A stretch of DNA of 64,000 bases. It comes from Lingula anatina (Eukaryota > Animalia > Brachiopoda). The DNA is taken from positions 22,966,434 to 23,030,433 of the forward strand of contig CM120645.1 in assembly GCA_051362555.1 (NCBI GenBank), written 5' to 3'. The position numbers and the translations under genes were made by a program. The notes under the pieces were generated by a model. The model saw only the letters and a list, made by a program, of their open reading frames with translations, searched no databases and was not told where the DNA came from. This document shows, in pieces, positions 26,690-40,540 of the stretch; position 1 is the stretch's first letter; each line of letters opens with the position of its first letter.

Positions 26690-26930
26690 CTGAGGACCAA
26701 AAAGTTAAATGTCTGATTTATCTAGAGACAAATTAGACAAACAAGTCCGTCTTGAGTCCAGGACCAACTTTGGGACTTCAGTTGTTTTATGAAATAGACC
26801 TCTAGAAGCCACCCTCAAAACGACAGTCCATTTTTTCACGAAAGAACAGGACACTTCCTGCCTCAAATCTATTCCTACCACAATTCGACTGCTTTTGACC
26901 AAAATATTGTGATATCACAATGACTACGGA

Positions 26931-26932
<2 letters not shown>

Positions 26933-26969
<37 letters not shown>

Positions 26970-27019
26970 AGAGAGAGAGAGAGAGGGGATAAGAGAGAGA
27001 GAGAGTGAAAGAGAGAGAG
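26933..27019. repeat. (GA)n microsatellite
   Basis: Visible directly. Confidence 0.95.
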
Positions 27020-29262
27020 CAAGCACTCAGATAACTTTTAATCACTAAATTGCATGATTACGACTGTTAGCACAACATGAACTCCACCGGGAGAAAGGTG
27101 ACTACGCATGTTGCTGGGATAGAATACCAACACATGCCGTCATAGCACGTATTTCTATTGTCAGGGGTACCAATACCCTTCTAAATTTCACATTTTTTCT
27201 CCTCTACAGTAGTATTATCTTTTTCTTTCATTCTTTGTTTTTCACTGGGGGTATCAAGTGCTTCATGCATATTTCATCCTAGTCAGCGTTTGATGTATCT
27301 TATCACTTATTATGAATGTTTGAAAGATGAGGGATTGCCTGTTTCTATTTCAATGACTTTTTCAGTTTCCAATTAAAAATTGGTGTTAAATCATTGTCAT
27401 GTGCATTACTGATAAACAGCTTCACCTGTTTGATTTCACTAGCCTTGCACAAGCATGGAAAATCGTCATCAATCAATGACAAAAAATGAAAAAGAAACTG
27501 GGACAAAAAATGAAAAATTCTTTAAAAATTTATGATTTGTTTAAAATATTCATGACGTCCTAGTTAATCTGTCCAATTATCATAACTATAAAAAAGTGCA
27601 AGCTGAAAACAACTTGGAATTTGATAAGAAATTTCCTTTCACAACTGAGAAGATGATTTCTGCCTTCGTCACCAGATGTCAGCACATGACAGAGTCACTG
27701 AGCTCTGGACATGCAGTAATCTGGTAGTGGGTTATCATTGATTTATCTAATTAATGAATCATGTTTTGATTAGATCATGCAATAAATCAAAAATCCCCAC
27801 TTAAAGGTCAGGTGTATAATAGCCTTTAGCTGACTCAGTTTATTTATCCTTCATTGTGTTAGGAGAGGATCGAGAAAGATTGTTGCAGCCGATTTATTTA
27901 ACAATTGAATGCTGTGAAAATGGTCTCAAATTCAGAGCAGTGTTCTTTACCGCAGGAGAAAGTGACGAAAACAGTGAATGCCAATAGTTAGCTATTACCA
28001 CAATATAAGTCATCTATCCAGTTATCATAGGTCAAAGATTTCATTTTCACAAATAAGACTGATTGTGTTTGTTTGTTTTTCGTGCAGTAAAAGTCTTTCT
28101 TCAATACAAAAGGCCTTAAATTGTTTGTTTGGTACTTAAAATTAAAAAAGTGGTTCTGTCACAATTGCATAGCTGATGTTAAATTCCATTTTGGCAATAA
28201 AAACAAAAATTAACAATAATTTATTTAATAAAGAAATATAGATTTTATCACTGGCGCCATGAGCATTTAAGCAATGATTTTGATTCATTTCTAAATGGAG
28301 CTGTAGTCATGGAGTAGCACACAGGTGTTAACAACTATGCCAGTGTCTCCCTCACCTGACGCCAGGGGTCTAACTGACGCCAAGCCTAGCTACAGTCTGT
28401 GTGTCTTTAAGACAGGGACTAATCCACTCTCAAACATGAAAAAACTTGTATTCGTTGATAACATTCAGCAGATATGCATGTAAAGATTTTTTTTGTCTGT
28501 CAGAAAGGGACAAACCGTTTTGTTCTTGTCCAAAAATAAATAAGCCGTAACACCTCTATCCAAGGTCTATACATGTACTCACAATTAAGGGGGGTGGTGG
28601 TGGGGGTGAGGGTGGGGGGGGGGGGCATTTTCTAGAGGAAGAATTCTAAGAAACAACATAATAAGCACAATTAATCTTTTAATCTGATTGCATTCAGTGA
28701 TAGTCCCCATGGAGTTGAGTTGGACTGATCTACATAGAATAATAGTTTCATTCGGAATAACCCCTAATTCATGTTTCTCTGAGGATTGCCCAAAATTTTA
28801 TGATTTTTCTTTTCAAAAAAAATTTTGCAGCAGCATTTTGATATAGTGAAATGGCAATGACAAGGTAAAAAAAAAAAAAAAAAAAAACGGATCAATTTCA
28901 GGTCAAAACTGCCCAGTGTGAACACACCAGCTTCTGTCACACCAGCTAGTGCTGTCTATATCCTACGAAAATAACATCAAAAAAGAAATTTCTTTGATGT
29001 CAGTGTGTGCGCAGTTTTGGTCACAAAAAGCTGGCTTTGTTTTGTGACGTGAATAAATGGACATATCCTGTATAGGCAGGTAACTTTGGGAGATGTCAGC
29101 ATCATGGGGGAGTTGTACAGACAGGTTGACAGGAGCTATGGAACACCACCATAGAAAACACCCATCAGGTTTACACATATAGAAATATCATGTCAATTCT
29201 AGCTATGTCGGTTTCACCACAGAAAATTTTTTAATAGCCAATCTGAACCAGTGTTTTAATTG

Positions 29263-29436
29263 CAGCCTGTAGCTAGAGGGGGTGGGGTTGGGTTCGAAGA
29301 ACTGCCCTTTCTATCAGGAAAATGTCCATTCTGGGTAAAATTTGAGATAGGTACTCAAAAGGTTTCATTGTAAAAGGTCCACATTTCAAAAAAGCCCCCC
29401 CCCCCCCCCCCCCATGAAATTACTGGGTATAGGCTA
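29263..29436. mobile_element. Degenerate small TIR element with subterminal G/C runs
   Basis: Imperfect TIRs CAGCCTGTAGCTAG / CTGGGTATAGGCTA, with a G-run near the left end and a C-run near the right end. No TSD recognisable. Confidence 0.35.
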
Positions 29437-30165
29437 TACATGTATTTAAACCTGTCTTGAATTTGTTTAAAAAACTGCAAAGGAACCACTGGATGTCGGT
29501 ATCTAATTTTTCAAAATATGCTAAAACCCGACTAAAACCACCCAGCAAAACTGGCACCTTTAGTAAAGATGCCTTCTCATTAAAACAGCAAAACCGTGGT
29601 TTTAAATTCCTTGCTCATGATCTCTACATGAAGTAATGCAATTAAATTCACTGTACATTGCTGTATGCTTTAATGCCTGGTTCACAGCAGAGCAGCTCTT
29701 CAGACTTACATTAATCTAATGGTCCCTTAGGTAATTAATGTTCCTGTAACATGTGAAACTGAAAGTCTATTTTTGAATTAAATCAAAACTTATAAGTCAT
29801 TATCAGAGGAATCATTTGGCAGTGTTCTACCCATCCTTCTTTTGTAAGCTTATATATTCTTCTCCAGTCATTCCTCTTTTTGAATTGACTGAGCTATTTT
29901 AAGGTAACTTTGATTAATGGGGAGCTACTTTAATCCCAAGTTCCTAAAAATAGTCCCTCTTTTATCTTGAAAATTAATTAGTGTGGTTTTATATATGCTC
30001 CTCTTTATCACAAAAAGGCTGTTGTAAATATACAGAATCGATTGTTCGAATGATGTTAACACCTGGGGAAAGTCGTGAAAACTTTGTGGTCCATTATATT
30101 GTTCATGTTACTTTACAAAGGGGTTCCATCATAGTACGAGAACTTCTTTTCTGAACACAGCCTAA

Positions 30166-30379
30166 GGGTCTATTCCCACAACTTTAGATCGATCTATCAC
30201 CGCGGGGAGTCTCACTAGATTACTGTCAGATAATCCCCCTTAAGTGTCCGTCCCCGCCTACTACAAGCTATAAGGGGTAATTAACTTTCGTGTCCGCCCG
30301 GCTGACAGCTATTTAGCGTGAACCCCCAGGGAGTTAGGTCGATCTAAAGAAGGTCGATCTAATCTATGGAAATGGGGTG
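30166..30379 (-). mobile_element. MITE family A copy 2 (inverted)
   Basis: Near-identical reverse complement of the 61932-62146 copy. Confidence 0.85.
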
Positions 30380-31909
30380 TATGAGAGGCACTTTAACACT
30401 GAGAAACCTGCCTTTTAAGACAGCCAGTTTACTGGTTTAATCTTTATTAGTACATTGGGGCTTGTGAAAGAGAGTACATTCCAACAGCTTAATTACATAA
30501 TCAGACTTGGCAATAAAAATGGTGCTATACAGAAAATTAATATTATATCCCTCGATGTGAAAAGGACTACCAAAATCATTGGGACACTAAGAATGCTAAA
30601 AATACACCGTTTTCTGTCAGGCAAATAAAAAATAACTTTTATCCCACATTCAGTTTTTTTTTTTAAACTTAGTGAACCTGTTCTACATGGCAAATGTCCA
30701 AAATCTTAAGATGTACGTTAACAAGAATATTGCCAACTCAGCACTGCAGAGTAGAAATGAAGGGGATATATTTTCATTTCCAGATAAAATATTTTGCCAT
30801 GTAATACAGCAAAACATCACACGGCCTTGGTCTTTTTTACCTAAATAAAGATAACCCACATTTTTTAGCCTTGGTCTATATCAAGATTAATAGCGGTGTC
30901 ATTTCCCTGAGCCAGTGAGCTGTTTCTAGAGAGCCGAACACACGACTTGACATGGTGATTACATGTCTCCCTTGATGTAGGAATGAACATGCAGGATAAT
31001 TGATTTTAATGACAATACTTTTACAGAGAGGTTCAAAGAAAGAAAAAAAATGTCCCATACAAAAAAAAAAAAAAGAGAGAGAGAGAGAAGCATACCTATG
31101 TTAAATATAAAAGCTAAATATCATCCATAAGAAAGCACTTTTGTATCACTGTACATACCCCTGTTGTATATTGTCTCTGTATGATGAAATGCAATCAATT
31201 CATGTATCCTAATACTAATACCTGTATACAGACACAGATTTCAGGATGAAGCTTGTTGCAATTTTTTTCCAGGTAGAGCAAAATAGATGTCCTTTATCAA
31301 CACCTACAATGCACAACTATTCTCAAACATGATATGCAAAACAGTATTTTATTTGTTTGAGGTTCATTTGATGATTAAATGTTCTTTTTTAAAGTACTGT
31401 GCCTGACGCCTTCTCTTTAAAGCTGCAAAAAAAAATTTGTCAGAGAAAACAAAGAAAAGAATGTGAACAAAACCTTTAATGTTTTAACAATACCAATCAA
31501 TCTTTTTTCTTACTTCACAAACAACAAGACCAGTCAACTTCATGTTAACACAATGTCTTGCAATGTATTTAACTTGCACGCCTCATCCTAATGGAGACAA
31601 AACAGCAATTAAGTCTTGTTAACATGGCGCAACATCTATTTCAGGAACTCCCGTCCTAAATGGCTCTACATGTGACACTGATGCAAACTGATACTAATAC
31701 AATGTTGCCAGCATACCAGAGCTCCTGACGCTGGCAATGAATGGTGACATCTCTCTAATCGTAGTTACGACACACAGGAGACTTTCCAGCGACTCCCAGA
31801 TGAGACTTGTCTAGGACTTGTCTTTCTTCGTACTCAACATAAAACTTGAAGTGGCAAGCATAATACAGAACCAGGATGAAAATAATGTTACATACAGTCC
31901 ACCATTTTA

Positions 31910-31944
31910 ACAATACAATACAATACAATACAATACAATACAAT
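31910..31944. repeat. (CAATA)n pentanucleotide repeat
   Basis: Visible directly. Confidence 0.9.
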
Positions 31945-34578
31945 GTAGAACAATTCCTGAAAACAGGAAATGCTGCAGAGAATATACAAATTATGCTGAA
32001 ATCTTGACTCTTTATTAGCATGCATCTTGGGGTACCCAAGGTACCAAGGTACCCAAAAATTAAAAAGCAGATATAAAAAGAATTCGGGCAGCAATGCTTA
32101 AAATATACAGACTAAAAGAAAACATGATAAATATTCTGTATAACATACTGTTACACAACAAACAAACTCTGTTTTTATTTTTCACTTTCATTTGAACACT
32201 ATCTCAATCCTTAAACCACGGCTAGCGCGTAGAACAAAAGACTCGACTGTGCTGTATTCGACATACAAGCACATCATGTACGAGTGCGTTCCACGGTCTG
32301 TTGCACTACTAGTCGCGGCTCGCCAATACACTCGTAATATTTCACGTACAGCTCGGTGACTCGTATTGTATCTATCACATAAACAGTTACCGCACTTAGA
32401 AATAAATAAAGTAGAGTAGGGAATAGGTAAGATCTACATGACCTGTCATTTCAGAGTGAACTATGTGAGTATCATCAGCAGATTTACAACTTCTAATTAG
32501 CTCATAAAAAGCTGGAGTCTTCAGATTCAAGGGTTATTAGTTGACAAGTTGTTTTGACACTGATTCTCATATACTGACTAGAAATCAATACTGGAACAGT
32601 GGTATGTATATGGCAGCTACTTCAAATTTTCTTGCTTGTTTTTAAGCTAGAGTCACTATAAAATTGCCAAATAGATATGGTATTGGAAAGGCATAAAGAT
32701 ATGCTTTCTCAAAGTTAATAACAGATATGTTAGTGTTAATTTCCTGTTTTAGATTATTTATCCATTAGCTAAATATTTCAACGTAGGACTTGTTTTCATT
32801 CAAATTACAGTGGAAATAGTATTTTTTGACTCAGTATTTTTTTTTTAGGTTTTCAAATTTAAAGTGGCATTTAATCTGCATTATTAAGTCATATGTCATC
32901 ATAGCTTTAAACTGTACACAACTCCATGTCCAGCATCAAGTCCATAGGATGGGTTTTATGAGGAAACAGATCTACCCGTTAACCTATTGTTCCCTTCATT
33001 TGTATGACAATCCCAGTTACGACACTGTGCATTGTTTTACAATGGATTGAAATGTCTCGTTTGTCAGTGAGGTATCTTGATGAGGTTGTTAAAACAGTGT
33101 TTAGGGATTGTTTAATGGCTTTTTTATTGCTGTTTATACAGATGTCTTAAATTACAAAACAGATGATCAACTATTTAGCCTTTGAGACTGAACTATAGAG
33201 AGCAGTCTTTGTTTTTCTGGTTTATGTATGTGGCCAACTTACCTAGTGCAATGCTGGTGTCTTTAAATTTTTCAAATCAATTTATTTTTAACGAGCTACA
33301 AATTTTCAAAAATTGAAAAAAATAATAATAAAAATTTAATAAATAAATAAACATTATACTTGACAGTGCACATTTGACTCATTTACTGCATCACACAGAA
33401 ATCAGTAATAAACAACATATGCCAAATTGGTCATTACAGAGAAAAACACTGTCATTTGATCGCGTTATCCCAACTTGAATCAGTGTTAATCACTTTCCTT
33501 AACTTCATTAACTCTGTGACAGCTAACAAGAGGAAAACACTGACAACATATGACACATCTTTCCATCTTTTACTTGTCCCAAATAACAAAATAAACCACA
33601 TCAAACTTTCATCAGGTTAATGAACAAGCAGGGAGTTGATTAACCGCTTATTTATCTATCATTTTCTCAATTAATAACAATTAAGACACAGCTATTGGTT
33701 TTTTGACACCAGTAAATTGGATGAGGCCAAATCAAAGGAGTGACACACGAGAACTGAGGTTAGAGATTTGACTGCCAGGAACTTCATTATCTGATCAAAG
33801 AACACCATTTCATGGAGAAACAAAATGAGTCACAATCTAATTGGGCCAGTTCCAATTGATTTGTTCTTGCATAAAAATTGAAATTAATGTCAGTTCCGTT
33901 TCGTGTGAATCCTGAGTAAGGTGAAGTAAGGTGAGTGTCTGGGTGAGTGTCCTGTGAACTAGGGTATTGGCTTTTGAAATTTGAGTCCTCCCTTAATTAT
34001 GCGATGCTTAAATTTCATCAATCTGTGCTGTCAATTTAGCCAATTGAGTATCAGAATAAAATGGTAATGTTGCAATAATAAAAGATTGTTAGCATATCAC
34101 AATCAAAATACAGCAAACATTAAATCCACAATCTTTCTCCAGAGAGAGAACAGTAGCGCTTGATGAGATATTAATAAGTAAAAAACAGTTCAAGCATCAC
34201 ATCCCTTTGTTCTGTCTTTGCAAAGGAATCATGGGATGCCACTAGTAAAAACACAAAATAAATATCAGCACACTGACTATTACACTCTCTTTGTTAGTCA
34301 TCCAGAAAATCCTGTAACAACAAAATAGATCATAAAACAAGTTTTCTTTTTCAAAGCTCTCCCAACTGTTAAATTTTATCCCATCTGCAGTGAAAGCCAA
34401 ACAACAAAGATGTGAACCTGCAACTTTTTCATGGATCAGTTTCCAGTGTCATTACAGGGTTTTCCAATTACTTATAATCAGAAATATTTTTAACCTAAAA
34501 CTTTTTACAGAGCCCTTATCACACTGTCTGATATACTTGACTGGGCTGGTCTGCCTTAATTAAGAGACTGACAACTTA

Positions 34579-34793
34579 GACTGCATTCTCATAGATTTAG
34601 ATCGATCCATCTAGATCGGCCTAACTCCCTGGGGGTTCACGTTAAATTGCAGTCAGCCGAGCATGCACAACAGTTAATTACTCTCTTACAGGTTTAAGTA
34701 GGCGGGACAGACGCTTAAGCTGGCTAAGCTGAGAGTAATCTAGTGAGACTCCCCATAGAGATAGATCGATCTAAAATCTGTGGGAATGGGGTC
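34579..34793 (+). mobile_element. MITE family A copy 3
   Basis: TIRs GACTGCATTCTCATAGATTTAGATCGATC / GATCGATCTAAAATCTGTGGGAATGGGGTC, flanked by TTA/TAA. Confidence 0.85.
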
Positions 34794-34929
34794 TAAGAGA
34801 CTGATAACTAAGCCTGATAATAACTTGAGAGAGTTACCAAAATGGACCCCACCCCCTCAACACAGCCAATAAATTTATCAGGCAATTTAACAACATGAAG
34901 TTAACTTTTGTGGAGAAGTTGTGAACAAG

Positions 34930-34967
<38 letters not shown>

Positions 34968-37433
34968 AGCAAAATTTCAGGTTAATTAGAACTGCTCAAA
35001 GTGATATGAGGCCAAGCTGTATTAATTAAGCATACCACTGGAGATCACCTTTTTTTTAACTTTTGCCCAAACATTTGGAGCCCCCTGTAGCAGCACGTGC
35101 TCAGTCCACCGTGGCACATGTACACGGCTTCTGATGTCAGATTAACTTAATCACCTTCTCATGTAACCTGCCATTTGCGAGCTCTGGAGTATCAATAAGA
35201 CCAAATTACCTTAAGCCACACTGTTAATCCCACTGCGCATTTTATAAAGATTTCTTCAGCGGCTGTTGTAGAGAAAAGATACACCAATATGTCCATGGTT
35301 CTAAAAAGCTTATAGATTTAATCCATTGAGAAATGCTTAAAAAGTATCTTTTATTGTTGAGTGAGATATTGTAAAACCTTATTACTGTTAATCTCTCTTG
35401 AACTAATGATAAATTCTGAAATCCACATTGGATTATATTTGAAAACAGGCATAATAGAACCCCTTTTTTCTCATCAATCTCAGCTAATCCTTCAAAAATG
35501 TATCCACACTGCCATTCAATGTGAAAGACTTGTCAAACAATAATGGTATCATATTTACAGTAATATCTTCTGAACTAATGGAGAAAATGCAAAAGATTTG
35601 CAACATCACAGGACACAAATAAACCACAGAGATAATGGTCCTTAAGTAAAAATATTAAATTTCTTTTGTTTTATAGATTGTAAAAAAAAATCAAAAAGGG
35701 TTTATATATTTATTTGCATAAAATGACTTTTCAAATTTTAATTAAAAATAAAATATTTTAAGTCTTGTTATCAAGCACATTTAGCATTACCAATACAATT
35801 CCAAAACAAAGAAAAACATGTAAACTACTTAATTAAGTTCACCTAAAATATATTTCCTCAAATTCAATTTCCAATCCACCTACATGACTCCAGATTACAC
35901 ATTAACAAGTTAGATATTTGCACATCAAACAAACTCTTCTCCTTCCACTGACGTTAGTGGGAAACTATTTTGAGAAAGCACAAAGTTATATTTAGCAATG
36001 TTTTGTCAAACATACAAATTCTTAAATTCTATTTTTAACGGTTGCACGTGCCTCTACTTCAAGTACACATTTAATAATGTGGTCACGATTTAAGTACATT
36101 TTGAATTTTAGCAGAAAGGGGCCTTAAGTTCCTCCATGAGATATATCTCTGCCAGGAAACTTGACATGAGTTCGGAAAATTTTGATTGTTTCCTACCTGA
36201 CAGCTTTTGTCATGAAACAAGTGCAAATCCTGAAATTCGAAACAATAAGGGTCATTTATGCTCCTTACTTTTTATGACTTTGTCATGTCGTTGGTGCATT
36301 TTTTATGACAATCACGAAAATGAAAAAAAATGTTTGCCAAGTACATACTATTTTAAAGAAACCTTGTAAGTTAGTGCTTTTCTCATCCTGTACCAACTTT
36401 ACAATTCCTTGTCAAAAGATTTATGTTTAACATAAAAACAATACAAGTTATCATTCATAAAAATGTACGCATGTTCAGTTTATAATCTTCAAAAGAATTA
36501 CCATCTGACACAAGTGCCCTCTCTAGTTATATAAACTTCTTAAATGTAACTTGACATGGAATTTCTTTCTATAAACTGCTTCATAGTGCACCTTTTGGCA
36601 CAGGGTATCTATTAATACACTCAACGTCTGTCAATGTGTCATGAAAATCATTTTCATAAATGGGAAAAAATTGTCCTCTGTCATGCACCATGATCATTCT
36701 TATGTACCTTAGCACCGTCTGCTGCACAAAATAATACAGCATTAAACTGAAAAGCATCACAAGTTCTTACCTCATTTTGATAAAACTTTACGCCCCCCCC
36801 CCCCCCAAAAAAAAAAAAAAAAGAAAAGAAAAGGTGCTTTGATTAGAAAATGGGTATACATGTATATTAAAAGCTCCGTTGAATATTTTCCTTTAAAAAG
36901 TTGCCATTAGAATTATTTTTTTAGAAAATGTACACATAGATTCAGATACCTTTTCTGATATGAACCATCGCACTTACAGTAAAATCATAGACATAAATAT
37001 CAAGCAACATAGTAAGATAAATAAGCATACGAAAATTAATAAATAGAATGTCATATGAAAAAGGCTCTGAAACTTATCATCTATGATATTGATGTTCATT
37101 CAGCTGACTACTATCTCCATATAGTGAAGATGATGTTTGGCTATAACATGTGTCATACGTCAAATCCATTCCTCATATGTTTGGAGCAACAGATTTCTTG
37201 TAAAATAACAACAAATGTTCAATTTGTTCAGTCAAGCATATTGACATAGAGGTGTTACAGGATTCATTGTTTAATCAAGAAATGTTTTGAATTTAATTCA
37301 GAAACCTGTCAAAGCAATTCAGATGACAAACTGAAAGAAAATCTGAATATAACAGAAACAGGAGAAGACGTAAGCAAAAGGGTATACATCAATTACAATA
37401 AAAAGTTTGTTTTTTTTTAAACAAGAACATTAC

Positions 37434-37496
37434 CAACAATAGAGTTAAGTAATCTAAGGAAAAAGGTGCCATTGTTATGGCTAAAAACACACCCAT
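37434..37496 (-). CDS. Candidate alternative first coding exon MGVFLAITMAPFSLDYLTLLL
   Basis: ccaaATGG, 21 open codons, donor TTG|GTAATG in phase 0. A CpG-containing promoter-like patch lies at ~37670-37870. Confidence 0.3.
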
Positions 37497-38520
37497 TTGG
37501 TAAGAAAAAAGTTAAAACAAGCTTAATTCCACAAGGAGTAGGTGTAAAAGAGTCACAAACTTCTTCCAAAAACAATAGATCACTCCACAAACAGTGGCAG
37601 ATTTCAGATCTACCCAGTCGACACAAAGAACATCTGTAAAGAACAACAAAAGTATCGTGGTGATAGCCTAAAGAGATTGGCCTACGCTACGACAGCCACC
37701 TTTAACGCAGTCCGCTGTTACTTAACAATAGTGTGACATCTCCCGCATGTTAATTAAGATGTAACGAAAACAAAGCTATAAAGTCAAGTGTCTGTTGACT
37801 GTCGGCCAATTGTAGGAGACAATACTTGACAAATAACTAATATTATATAACGTATACGCCAACGTGTGATATGTGCATGGCTATAAGTGTATGTATGTGC
37901 ATGCATGCCTGCATGCACATGTGCAAGTGTGTGGCATATCCTATGTTTGGTGATTGCATAGGCACAAGAAAAATGATTAAAAAATGAACTTCTATTATAT
38001 GCATGTCACACTTGCCCCCCCCCCTTCCAGGCTTCTATCACACCCCCTAAGGCCTCAGACCATTATGTTGACATTTACTGCCACAGACACATTAGATAAA
38101 AACATAAATGGCATTATTAAGATGCCACAACAGACATAAACTGACTGACCAATTCAGTATTGTCTGGTGCAAGTGTTCTGTTACCGTTATTAATTGTCAT
38201 GCATTTGATCTTAATTTGTTCAATTTATACATTTGGGCCATTTGTAATGCCTGCGGTGTACATGGTGCTTGTTTATTTATCACTTTTGACTTTGATAATA
38301 TGTAGCAACAAACAATATAACAATACAACAACGATTAGCATATCCACCTAAAACTGGCTGCAGTGCACAGTCTTGACATATGCTGAGGTCTCTGCTTGAT
38401 GCAAGACAATCAACCTTCTTTTAACAGTACAAATACATCTGGGACAATTGCATGTACCCTGGCTGTGGGAAAAAAATATTTCCCAAGATGAATCTACAGC
38501 TGAGCATATGTGCGTGAGTG

Positions 38521-38525
<5 letters not shown>

Positions 38526-38563
<38 letters not shown>
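38526..38563. repeat. (TG)n microsatellite
   Basis: Visible directly. Confidence 0.95.
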
Positions 38564-38565
<2 letters not shown>

Positions 38566-39124
38566 ATGTACGTGTATGTGCCATTACTAAATCAAAGTGA
38601 GAAAATGAAATAGTATGCTGTGGAAACCACTCACAAGGAATATAGTTATTTTCAATATAAAAAAATACAGAATTTTTCTAGAAAGTACAGTTAATCTTCC
38701 TTAGCAGCCACATTAAGTTAAAATTTTTGATTTAACTACTGAGTATGCTGAAAAGGAAAGTTAATTAAAAGCATCCAAATCCAACACCTAAATCATAGCA
38801 ACAATTCCTCTTTCTGAGGGCAAGTCAAATGCAAACAAAGTGAAGTGCAAATGCAATGAAGCGGAGAGAGTCATTAAATTCTACATCATCCATTTCAATC
38901 ACAACATATATTTGCCCTAAGCTACACACTGGGTATTTATTACAAGATCTGGTGTCATCCGGTGCCTTGTCAAGCACTGTAACCTCCCTTATATAAGCAT
39001 CTTTGCCAAAACATACAGTCAACATCATGTCATACCTAGAACAGACCTGATATCTTTGTCTATAATCCAGCAACTAGAGCAAAACAAAAAGAGCACAAAT
39101 AAATCATCTAGGACAAAAACTCAC

Positions 39125-39181
39125 CCGAAATGACAGTGTCCTCTTCAACCCTTTATTGCTTTGTCCAACCACGTTTCCCAT
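39125..39181 (-). CDS. Putative alternative first coding exon MGNVVGQSNKGLKRTLSFR (Met-Gly plus basic patch)
   Basis: 19 open codons from ATGG to the consensus donor CGG|GTGAGT in phase 0. A GC/CpG-richer upstream segment to ~39720 is compatible with 5'UTR/promoter. Confidence 0.55.
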
Positions 39182-40304
39182 TTGGCTGTCTTGGATGTGC
39201 AAAGTTGAGCAGTGTGCCGCGACAGGGGTTATTGAATACACTAATGACTTAATCTAATAACGAGCAAGGCTGTGAAATCTCTGTGAAAATGACACTTTCT
39301 CTCAAAGGGCCCCAAGAGTGGTTGGTTTGTCTAACCATCCACAGAGATCATACTGATATCAAACCACAGAAGGATTAAAAAAATCAGGTTATCGCAATAA
39401 TCTATGTCTGTATCGGTTTTACTCAGAATCAATCTGTGAACCATTAAGTGTCATATGGAGCGTCACAGTCAGCATCCGAGTGTCACAGTCCAAGTGTCGC
39501 ACATGTGCTTTGTGACAGCGGCAACTGTTGGTGCGAGGGTTTTATGACATGGGTAAGGGAAAAGGCCAGGCAAATTCTCTCCAAACCCAATTGGTATGCA
39601 CAATGGAACATGCAGCATGTGGCTCGTGACTAAATTGTTAATCGTAGGACAGTGTCTTCTGTACGTGCATGCATGCAAGTGCTGCGTGACAGCCCCTCCG
39701 TCTCGTTCCCTCTATTTCTTCCTTTCTCTGTATAGCACCCTTTTTAAAGGAGTTATTTGTTAAGCCATACTTAATCACACTGATATATATCTCTAAGCTA
39801 AATTTACCAGTTTTTTTATCATCCACACTCCCCCCACCTTTTCTACTTCACCTGGCCCTTGCCCTGTATATCCAAAATTACCAGGCAGATATACACACAC
39901 CTTAATCAGTGAAACTTAATGGGTTTCAGTAAGTCCCTACACCTGTATTGAAATGACTACCTGCCCTTCCTAGATTGTATACAGAAGTTGTTTTAACACA
40001 CACCACCTAATCTTGCTCAATCAAAATTTGTTATGATACTTCAATATTGATCTGGATTCTGATACCACAACACTCCACTTATTAATACAAAGCTTTTTAT
40101 ACACCTGCCGGCCAGTTGGCTTGATCTGTGTAATTTAAACAAACTGAAAGAAAAAACTCTAAGAGCCCTAAGAATACACAATAAACGTAGACAGCATGGG
40201 CCTTTGGATGACCAATACCAGCAACAATAATAATAATAAACAATAATCAAGGAACAAATGAAACAAACAGGTGTATATAAGACAATAACATTGACTGATG
40301 GATT

Positions 40305-40540
40305 GAGAGAGAGAAGGATTAGTGAAGGAGGAGAGAGAGAGAGAGAGGAAGAGAAAGAGAAGGAAGGAGAGAGAGAAGAGAGAGAGAGAAAGGAAGAAGG
40401 GAAGAAAGAGTGTATGGGCAGAAAGAGAGGAGAGAAGAATGGATTGATAAACAGAGAACAGAAGTGATGGACAGAGGGAAGAAAGGAATACAGGATAGAT
40501 GGAATGAAGGAGGAAAAGAAATGGATTGGATGAATGGATT
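40305..40540. repeat. Purine-rich (GA/GGA) low-complexity tract
   Basis: Visible directly. Confidence 0.85.
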
